A stretch of DNA of 35,532 nucleotides, from contig JAZQVF010000068.1 in NCBI GenBank assembly GCA_045631675.1, positions 1-35,532 of the forward strand. The letters run 5' to 3'. Within the stretch, counting starts at the first letter, position 1, and the number at the start of each line of letters is the position of its first letter. Both the position numbers and the translations under genes were made by a program. Of the stretch, positions 1 to 10,200 are shown piece after piece. The notes under the pieces were generated by a model. That model was not told the origin of the DNA and did not search any database. It saw only the letters and a list, made by a program, of their open reading frames with translations. The stretch is from Candidatus Stercoripulliclostridium sp. (GTDB taxonomy: Bacteria; Bacillota; Clostridia; Christensenellales; DTU072).

Positions 1-747
1 GTCAATGCCGTTATTCTTTGCTTCGTTATATCCTCTAATGGTTTGACCTTTCATAAAGTCACCGTCGGAAGTGATGAACAAAGAGGGAATGCGGGCAAAG
101 TCTGCTCTATAATCCACGTAGGGGAATAGTGGACTTTCTCCTGCCTTTTTACCAAGAAGGCTTGTAAAGTAACTTCTTACGATAGGCGTGGTTGCAAGTT
201 TGGAGATATAGAATGCTGCGCAAGTGTAGGTAACTGCTTTGAAGGTAGGTTTCAATTCCACTTCAAAGACTTTTTGCATTTTCTCGTCTTGCATCAGGTT
301 TACTATCATTGCGCTAAGGTGTGCTCCTGCAGAGTCGCCTGTTAAGAAAAGGTTTGATAGATCAACCCCAAGTTTTTCGGCATTGTTGTAAACGTAATTT
401 AGTGCAGAGCATATATCCTGTACTTGCTCTTTTAGGGTAACTTCTGGCGTTAAGCGATAACTTACGTTTACTACCTTAAAGCCTCTTTCAACGAGATTTA
501 GGCAATAAATTTTGTTTAGATCCTTGTCGCCGTAGTACCATCCACCACCGTGAATATCCACGATAGTTGGCATTTTTTCATTGCTTTCAGAGGGTGAGTA
601 TACGTCCAAAAGTTGCAATTTGTGAGTGCTTTCAAGGTATGAAATATCGTTGTTTTCACGCGCAACCGTAGGTACGCGCAAGGTTTTAATGCGCTTTTCA
701 TCCATTGGTTTCGTTACTTTTTCCCAGAACCATTCAAATAGACTCAT
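1..747 (-). CDS. Alpha/beta hydrolase, HSL-like (family IV) esterase/lipase; 3' end truncated by the window edge
   Basis: My translation from ATG at 747 (RBS AGGGGA at 760-755) is open to position 1: MSLFEWFWEK...LDVYSP...IVDIHGGGWYYG...VNVSYRLTPE...LFLTGDSAGAHL. It has the HGGG oxyanion motif and the GDSAG nucleophile elbow. Absent from the ORF track because there is no stop in the window. Confidence 0.9.
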   Translation of the reverse strand, partial: MSLFEWFWEKVTKPMDEKRIKTLRVPTVARENNDISYLESTHKLQLLDVYSPSESNEKMPTIVDIHGGGWYYGDKDLNKIYCLNLVERGFKVVNVSYRLTPEVTLKEQVQDICSALNYVYNNAEKLGVDLSNLFLTGDSAGAHLSAMIVNLMQDEKMQKVFEVELKPTFKAVTYTCAAFYISKLATTPIVRSYFTSLLGKKAGESPLFPYVDYRADFARIPSLFITSDGDFMKGQTIRGYNEAKNNGID

Positions 748-1056
748 ATCAAATTCCCCTTTATTTTGTATCTATAGCAACCAAAACGAAAGATTTAATT
801 GCTTTTGACCAAATTAACTCAAATACATTATAGCATACATTAATTAAAAATAAAAGAAAAATTTTTTATGGTTAATCGTAAAAAAATTGTAAACGTTAAA
901 AATGGTCAAATTAAGTTTTAGCGAAGGTTAAGTTCTTAAAGCGAGCGTTATCTTCTTGTATAGTGAAACCATATAAACCCTTCAATCCCTTGCCACCATA
1001 GTTTAGCGCTGTATGATGAAGTAAAACTCTTAACTTGTGTTCCTTTTTCGCCTAAA

Positions 1057-1072
1057 CCACAACATATTGTTC
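1057..1072. promoter_or_regulatory. NrdR-box-like operator upstream of the giant-protein cluster
   Basis: CCACAACATATTGTTC. The 15-mer ACCACAACATATTGT differs by one base from each of the two boxes upstream of nrdD. A degenerate partner (AACTCTTAACTTGTGT, 1025-1040) starts 32 bp upstream. Confidence 0.5.
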
Positions 1073-1131
1073 GCGTGTGGGCAACCGCGCGGTAATATTT
1101 TAGTAAAATTGCGCGCAAATATATACACACT

Positions 1132-1208
1132 TACGCGCGTATATGCTAAAATAGTTCCACTTATGGGGAAAGTTTCCCCTACTTTTATACGCGTGCGTAT
1201 GCTAAAAT
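1132..1208 (+). promoter_or_regulatory. Two tandem extended -10 promoter elements (TATGCTAAAAT) forming an imperfect direct repeat
   Basis: TACGCGCGTATATGCTAAAAT (1132-1152) and TACGCGTGCGTATGCTAAAAT (1188-1208), 56 bp apart. Both match the TRTGnTAnnnT extended -10 consensus, and neither has a good -35. Confidence 0.55.
1165..1179. repeat. Short inverted repeat GGGGAAA-G-TTTCCCC between the two putative promoters
   Basis: 7-bp arms around one central base; could be an operator or a hairpin in the longer 5' UTR. Confidence 0.45.
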
Positions 1209-1233
1209 TAATAAAATTGTCGGAAGAATAAAT

Positions 1234-4200
1234 ATGCTTGCTAAGAAAATAAATCTTAAAAATCTTTCAAAATTAGTTTTCGTCCTATTGATTATGCTTT
1301 CAGTGGGGCTTGCTTTTGCATTCACTTCAACGAGTCTAAACGCTTATGCTATGAATGCAAACGACACTTCTTCGTCAACCCACGTTGACGCTTTGTTGAC
1401 GGATTATCAACCAATTTTAGATACTGGTGCAAGCATTACCTTAAAGTCTCACGCTCTTGAGCAAGCAGATGCTCCTAACCCTGCAATCGCAGAAGGCGAC
1501 GTTGAGCAAACGGCAACCATAAAACTTTCAGGAGATTTGTGGGAGGCAGTCAAGAGTGGAAGAATAACGGCAAGACTACTTGCAAGTGGTACGAATAGTT
1601 ACAAGACTTTGCAAGGCAGTGAAACCACTTGGAAAAATGCAAGCTATTCCGTAAGTGGTGCAATGAGTGGCGAAGGCAAGTTTGATACCACTCTAAACCA
1701 AGAAACCGGCAATATCGTAGACGATAGTTACGAAAATTTAGAATTAGCATCAAGCACCTTGTTAAAAGAAAGTGATGGCGACGAAATTAAAATTACGTAC
1801 AAAGGACAATGGTACGCAACGGAATCTAAAACCGGTCTTGGTACTAACGTTGCCGAAACAGACATTGATTGTCAAATGAATTTTACCTTGGAATTGCAAT
1901 TTGAAGAGGTAAGGGTTTCTCTTTCTTCCACTATTGGTGGAATAGTTAAAGGTGCTAACGGCGAAGAATACGACCTTAGCGCAGGCGCTCAAGAAATCGT
2001 TTTAGGCTTTGAAGACTCTGCATCTTTTAGCGCAGTTGCTAATAGTGGATACTACTTCCTTGGTTGGCAAAGAGCGGGCTCTGCTCTTGATCAAACGACA
2101 ACCGTTTTAGACCTTGGTAAAGCGGTTTCTATTCCAAGCTACGTATCATACGTTTGTGAAGCAAGATTCCAAGTTATAGAAGCCGTTGAAAGCGCAAGTT
2201 ATTCCTACTCAACGGCAGGACAAGGTCCCGTTGTTAGTGCCGCAAGATATAACGGCGTATACTACCTAACTCACCGTTATGAGGGTAAGGCAAACGACGG
2301 TGCCGACGTATTTACTACTTCCGAAGGCTTAGATAAAATTACTGCCGGTCCTATTAGAGCGGGCGATTATACCTATACTTGCGAATTTTTCTATCGTATA
2401 AACAACGGTGACGGCACCATTTCTAAGGGTGAAAAGATTGGTTCGTTTACCAAAGATTTTACCATTGAAAGAAACTCAGCAACCATTGAAAGGGGAAGTG
2501 ATAACGCAAACGTCGTGGAATTTAAACTTGGCGACAACCTTTCAACGTTGGATTTAAGTTACGTTGCAACCAACTCTGCAGATAAGCGTACTCGTCTTTA
2601 CGGCACCGTAGCCCTTTATCTTGAAGAAAATTTAGTTGACGTAAACAAACTTCTTCCCGTAAACGCAAGTGGTGTTAATTATACTTTCCGTTTTACTCCA
2701 AACGACCGAGATAACTATGCAGTAGTTGATACTCCCATCAAAGTTATCGTAAAAGACAAGATGGTTGACAATGGAATCAATCTTCTTGACGGCGTAAGAG
2801 ATTACGAAATTACAAAGAGTATAGTATCTTCCGTTGACGAAAGCGTTCAAAACAACGTTGATACTCTTCCCGAAGGTGCTGAAGTAGTTAAAGTTTCACT
2901 TAGGGCGACTATGCTTGATGAAAGTGGCGAATATTTCTTTATTGGTTGGCGTATCGGCACGTTGCAAAACGGCACGTATGCTTATAGTTACCTTTCAGCA
3001 GGTCAAGTTAATCGCAACGTAGCAGGCGAAATTGAGAGCATAGACGGACTTAATTACGACTATTATATGCCTTATTACGGCGATGAAAGCATCAGCGCAG
3101 AAGATAAGGAAAACTATAAGACGGCATCTTTCCAAGCAGTATATATTAGAGATATTACCACTCAAAGCGGTAACGTTATGAGCCTTTACTATACGGGTGC
3201 TCCATCTAACCGTACTGCAAAGTTTAGTCCAGAGCCTTCAGGCTATCAATTTGGCGCAGGAAATATGGTTTATTACCATGCTACCGACCTTAACACCGGT
3301 GTTTCCGCAATCCCCGTTGAAATTGGTAACCATAAACTTACTTATACCATCAAAAATACTGCTCTTGACGTAGTCGTGGACACTCGCGTAATTGATTACG
3401 TTATTACGAGAGCGGAAATTAGCGTTCAAATAGACAACGTTTCTTCAGTTGGTTTTGGTAATTATAACCAAGAAACCGGTTGGGCGCAAAAGATGTACTA
3501 CAACCTTAGCGTACCCGGGCTTGTTTCAGGTGGCGCATCTAAATATTATTATTCCACTGACAACGGCGTTACTTGGGTGGAAATTAGCGCAAGCATAGCA
3601 AACGGCAGTGGTTGTAGAACTTCTTTTGAAACTCCCGATTTAGTAAACGATACCAAGATAAACTCCTATCTCTTTATGGCAACCAACGAAGAGCACGGCG
3701 AAACTATGGTGTTTGGAGAGACAGGTAACGAAACCACCTATAAAGTAGTTGCAATTACCCAAAACTATACCATAACTAAAATTGATACCGTAGTTCCCAC
3801 CATTGAGAATGTTGTAGAAATTAGCAACCTAAACGGTGCGTGGACTAACGGTAGAATAGAGTACTCGGCACTCGTTTCATTTGGTGGAAGTGGTGCCGTT
3901 ATAGAAGTTGCATACGGCAGTGGTTCCTCTTCTTGGATTACTTTGGAAAGCAATTTAGCCTATAATTCTCAAGACCTTGAAACCATAACTTCCAACTTTG
4001 ATGCAACCTTCAGTCTTTTGAAAGAATTTAGTGGAAAGGTAAGATTTAGAATTCATTCAGGAACGGCCATTTCAACCGTTTATGAAGGTGAATTTGACGT
4101 TAACGTAGACTTAACTACTCCCACTATTCCATCTCCAATTGCAAATAAGAACGTTAACGCATACGGTTGGATAGGCGAAGAAACCACCTTTACTTACGAG

Positions 4201-7200
4201 ATCGTGGACTTAGGTGGCTCTGGCATTGACCGTGTTGAGGCAATTAACATCTCTAAAGAGGGTACGCCTGCAACTATTACCGAAGTTGACGGAAAGTGGC
4301 AAATTATCATAAGAGATAGCGCGCAATATCAAATTACCGTATACGATAAGGCTGGTAACGTTAACGGTACCGGTTTGCAAGCAAACGTAGATACTGAAGA
4401 GTTGGTATACTCTTTCCACGAAGATAGTTACGTTTTAGGCACTTGGGCATCTGAAGAAAGCGCAGTATTGTTCAACGTAACTATGGGTGCATCGGGTGCA
4501 AGAGTGCTTTATTCGGTTGACGGTGGAGATTGGATTCCCGTAGACGAGTTTACCCCCGCAATGCCCGAAACCGACACTCAAGAACTTGTTCTTGGTTATA
4601 TGCTCCCCTTAAGCGACAATATCAAGAGTTATAAACTTAAGATTCAAACGAGAGCCGGCAAGGAAGCCTTAATTGACGTAGGCGAGGTTAAGTTTGACCT
4701 TGTTGCACCTATCCTAACGGTTGTAACCGACCTAAGTTCTTTCCAAGGCGCAGTTTGGACGGCAAACAACGTAACGGTATTGTTTAGAGCGTTTGACGAT
4801 CAAGGCACCGTAAACTCAGGTTTTGGTGCAAATTCCATTTCAGTTGACAACGGTGGCACCGTAACCGACTTAGGTAACGGCAATTATAGTTTTGAAATAG
4901 ATAAGTGTACCGTTTACACCATTACCGTAAAGGATATTGCAGGCAACGTAGTAACTGAAGAAGTACAAGCAAACGTTGATCCTATAAATATTGACGACCT
5001 TGAACTCATCGTTAATGCTTACGTTGGTGGTGGTAACCCCGAAAATGCTCTTGAAGAGCCAACTTTAGACGACAATTCTTCTATTAACTCATACGATTTT
5101 GCATCTTGGGTAACTAAGGCAAAAGCAGAACCTTGGGTAAGAATTGAATTCCAAATCAATAGATTTACCGCCTCAGGCGTTAAGGTGGAATATTCCAACA
5201 ACGGTGGCACGACTTGGAGCGCGTTAACTACTACGTTAATGCCCGAAAACAACGAAGTATGGGGCGACGGCGTCGTTAGAACATTCTTGACTACCGAACA
5301 AAACAGAAGATACTCCTTCCGTTTAGTAACGGGCTCGGGTAGAGTTAAGGTTTACGAGCCATCAATTTCAAACGAATTATACGTAAAGATAGACTTCACG
5401 GCACCTACTTTAAGGTCTGAATCATTTAGAAAGGTAAGCAACAATAGCGTCGTTTCACTCAAGGATACTTGGATAAACGAAGACGCTGAATATAGAATTA
5501 TGCCTCAAGATACCGCACTTGGCTCAGGCATAAATGAAAGTTCTATTCGTTTAATGGAATATCCAATAGGCGTTGAAAACGAATATATTTTGAACGGCAC
5601 TATTGCAGGTACTGCTCAACCACTAAACAAGGTAGGCGATTACTTCACCTACGTTATGACTGGCGACAAGAAATACGTATTAAAGTTTGAAGACCATGCA
5701 GGTAACGAATACTCAAGTGAAATCTTCATTTCTTGCATTGATAAAACTGCAGGCTTTACCCTTGATATGGATGCTTATGCAATAAGAGAAGGGGTAGGAT
5801 ATGAAACCTTAGACAAGGATATCTGGCTAAGTGCAGACGATAGTGCTAAGTTTACGGGCACAGTAAACGGCCTCGTAGGGGATAAGTTTGGCTCAAGTGG
5901 TGGCAAGATGCAATTCTCTATTGACGGTGGTAATACTTGGATTGACTTCATTAACGTCAACAATGAAATAACGTCGGTAACCAACGTTGGAAATATCTTC
6001 ACTTTAGCGTTTAGCGAAAGACAACAACAAGTAAACGAATATAACTTTAGAGTTATTACGGGTGCAGGTACCGTTTACGTTCATCCTACGACCTATAAGG
6101 TTCAAAAGGACAACGTAACTCCCGTGGTTAGCGCATCTATTAACTATCAAGCAGGCGGCGGTGCTTATAACGGCGAATGGACAAAAGAAAACCTACGCTT
6201 TACCATTTCATTAACTACGGGCGTAGCAGGTGGTACTTTGTACTACGGAGTAGGCGAAGACCTTGCTCAAATAGAGTGGACTGCTATTGAAGAATTGGAG
6301 AAAAACGGTGCATCTAATCGCACGAGTTACTTCGTAGTGGAAAATTCTTCAGTAGGCTCATACTTCTTCCGTTTCGTAAGTGGTAAACCCTCAACCGAAG
6401 TCGTTAGTGAAAACGGTATATCGGTTAAGTTAGATAAGACCCCCGTTAGTGTAATTACCAAAGCAACCGCAGGTGGTAATGACGTAGCAAGTGGTAGTTG
6501 GGTAAACGAAGTTGCAAGTATCTATCCTGAAATTGCATCAATCGGTGCAAGTGGTATCGGTAGCGTATACGTAAAGGTTAACGAAGGAGCAGGGTACGGC
6601 GAATACGTACTTCTTACGGGCGAATATGCACAAAGTTTAGCAAGCGTAACTGAAAGCCTTTACGGCTATATCTTCAAGGTAGTTTCACTGAGTGGTATGG
6701 TAGGAGAAAGTGAAGAATTCACTTTAGGCTTTGATAGCGTAGTTCCCACCGTGCAATTCTCATTAAGTGGCTCTAAACTACCACAAAACAACGAATATAG
6801 CAGTTGGTACGTAAGTGACGTAGCAATTAACGTTCTCGTTTCACAAACGAATTCTAATTACTCCGTATTCTTGAGAAAGAGAGGGGCTTTAGAGCAAAAC
6901 TTCTCTGAATGGGAAAAGGTTGAAACCACCTTTACTCTTACCGATGAAAGCCTAAGTGGTGGCTCCGACTACTACTATGAATTCAAGGTAGTAACCGGCT
7001 CAGGCATAGAAGTTTACGTTATGAACGGCGAAAGCACCGAGCATTATATTCCAATTGACACCAACGAATACGTCGTTAGCGTAAACACCTTCGTAGGAGA
7101 AATTCAATCTACTGAAGAACGTTCCTTTGCAGATATCGTAGGCGTTGGTACATATCGTCGTGGCGATGCAGTCGTAGTGGAAATTGACCCATTAGATACT

Positions 7201-10200
7201 TATAGAATTAAGTCAAGAGTAACGAGTGGATACGAACTAAGCGTTGACGATTACGAAGATTTAAGTTACTCAAACGCTCACGTAACGAAAGATAACGTTG
7301 AACTCGTTATTGGTGGCGCAAACGTTACCATTGACGTTGATATGTATAAAGACGTAGAACTCACCTACTCATTCTTGAAACAATATCTACAAGAGAGCGC
7401 CGTAAGAGAAGTAGAATTTACGGCAAGTGAAGAAGGCTTTAATTCATTCTTTGGCGAAGTAAGCAAAAAGAAAGAGGGCTTTAGAGTGGGCGTAGAGGCA
7501 ACCTACACTAACGTATACGGTCAAACGGTAGATCTTCCAAGTGAAATCGGCACCTATACTTTCAACCTACGTACTCAAGAAGGATATGAAAACTTCTACC
7601 TAATCAATGCAGAAGTTACCCTTACGGTAGTTTACTTCGTAGGAAACGGTACTTCTACTAATCCATACGAGATTAAAGATATAACCGACTTCAACTATAT
7701 TGATAGTTATATGCACTTTGAAGACGGCGATGAAATCGTAGATAGTAGGGCATATCTTGGGGCAAATAGAAGAACGGCATACTTCAAGCAAACGAGCGAT
7801 ATAGTCCTTCCTGCCGCGTTTACTCCCATTGCAGGTAAAGGTGAAGGATATACTAATGAATTTAAGGGAACTTACGATGGTAACGGCTTTGAATTCTTCT
7901 ATCCAAACACCTACGCAGTAAAGGGCGACTTCGGTATCTTCCTAAACGTTAACGGCGCAAGCATTATAAACACAGGAGTAAGAGTAAATATCCGTCTAAA
8001 CGGAGTTTCTAACGGCAACGTAGGATTCCTTGTTGCAAACGCAGAAAACACCGGTATTCGTTCCTCTTATGCAATCGGCAACGTAACCATTTTAGATAGT
8101 GAAGCAATAACCTTCGGTGGTCTTATAGGAAAGGCAAGTTTAAGTTTGATTTCTTTCTCATTCACCGACGTAAGCACCACGATAATTTCTTCAAACGGCT
8201 ATTTCGGTGGTATTGCAGGCCGTCTTAACGGAGCATATACCGCTAACTCGTATAGCGTATCAAGAATAACCCTTACGGGATGTGAAAGATACGATGCACT
8301 TGCCCCTGCAGGCACTAAGTTTGCTTATGCAGGCGCACTCGTAGGATTCATTGAAAATCTTGAATTAGCAGGCGCAGTGCCGGGAGAAAGCAACAAGAGT
8401 TACTATCTTGATAGCAATCTCGGTTACGATAGTTCAATTGAAAGAGGACTCTCACTCGGTAACCGTGATACTTTCGGTAGATACGGCGACCTTAAACATC
8501 AAGGCGAAGATATCAACTTCTTTGCATCGGTTGAGAGCGAGGCTTCACACGCAAGCGTAACCATTCAAACGGGTCTAACCGTACAAGATCTTGTAAGAAT
8601 AAGAATTAATGAAATGAAGGCTCAAGCAAATATGAGTGGTGACGGCACGGAAGAAAGTCCATTCATAGTTGATAGCAGAGAAAAACTACTATACGTTGAA
8701 ATCTTCCCATGGGCAGTATTTAAACAAACTGCAGACGTAATGCTTTTAGACGATGAAACTCTTGCAGAAAGCGTACCATTCGTTGGCGTATACGATGGTA
8801 ACGGTTATTCTATAACCGGTGCTAAAAAGTATACCGATGGATTGGTTGGTGGTGTATTTGGTGTAGTAAGTGGAACTATCAAGAACTTGAAGATAGTAGA
8901 CGTTAACCTTACCTACACTGAAGGTGGCGCTATTGCAGGTGGTGCAGTAGGCGTTTTAGAGGGTGGTTCACTTGAAAACGTAATAGTTTCAGGAACCTTG
9001 AACGTTCTTGCAGAAGATAGTCAAGAAATCGTTTACGTAGGTGGTTTAGTAGGCGTAATGATTGACGGCAACGTAAAAGATTCCGTTGCAATCTTAAGCA
9101 TCAACGCAAGAGGGGAAAAGGTAGTAAGCGGTAACCTTGTTGCTCAAATTCAAGGAAACGCAACTCTAAGCAACGTCGTAAGTATGTCCTCAATTAGCAC
9201 TCACTACCAAAAGAAGGCAGACGTAGGTGCAGTTAGTGGAGCAATTACTTCTGACAAAGTTAAACTAAACGGAGTTTATTATCTTGCAAGCAGTACTTAT
9301 GCAAACGACAAGAGTATCGCTTCTCCCGTAGGTTATAACGCAGGTGCTACTACTGATAGCGTACTCTTCAAGGGATATCAAGACATTCTCAACCTAAACG
9401 TTGCCAACTCTATAGTTGCAGATAAACTTGGTGGACTTTACCCATTTGAAGGAAAGGGAACGAAACAAGATCCATTCAAGATTGATAGTTTTGAAACCTT
9501 GTTATTAGTAAGCAGTTATATGTACGCAAGTTTTGAACTTACCGATAATATCATTATCGGCGACTATAACGACGACGGCAAACTTGATAGTTTAGATGGA
9601 TACGCATACGATTATGCACCTATCGGTAACGGCGCAGTATTTACCGGTTCGTTTGACGGTAACGGCTACTCCATCATTGGACTAAGCGATAGTCTATTTG
9701 AAATAAACGCAGGCTCTGTAACCGACGTTAAACTCAACCTTAACTACAAGGTATATGCAAGTGAAAATGATATTCCCGATAGCGACAAGGTAATTGATGC
9801 ACACGATGCAACTAAGTTCTATACTGCTTCAAAGGTAGCGGGAAAGAATGAAGAAAGAATATTCGGTGCCGTTGCAAAGGTTAATACTGCAACGGGTAGC
9901 ATCATAAGGGTAAGCGTAAGTGGAGAAGTTTACGTTCGTACGTCCGGTAGATCAAAATTCACCTTTGGTGGCGTTGTGGGTATTGATATGGGTGGACAAC
10001 TTGCTGCAAGCCAAGTATCCTTAAATATTTCTGCATTCGCAAACCAAATTGTTGCAGGTGGAATAGTTGGCGAAGTTAGATATTCTGATAAGGTACTAAA
10101 CCAAATGGCAACCAACGACGTAATAACGGCTCGCCCAATAGAACTTGGTGGTGGTTTAGTAGTAGCAGGCACTTACGTAGGTAAGATAGGTGTAGAAAGC

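Noticed and set aside
840-900. Poly-A/poly-T runs as phase-variation tracts
   Set aside because: Runs are about 8 nt or less in AT-rich intergenic DNA; ordinary promoter/UP-element composition.
516-1231. Small ORFs 516-701, 626-808, 948-1130 and 1037-1231
   Set aside because: The first two overlap the hydrolase gene; the others lie in the divergent promoter region, with no clear RBS or protein-like features.
9559-9597. Full dockerin / cellulosome system
   Set aside because: Only one Ca-loop with no duplicated helix segment; no cohesin or glycoside hydrolase recognised.
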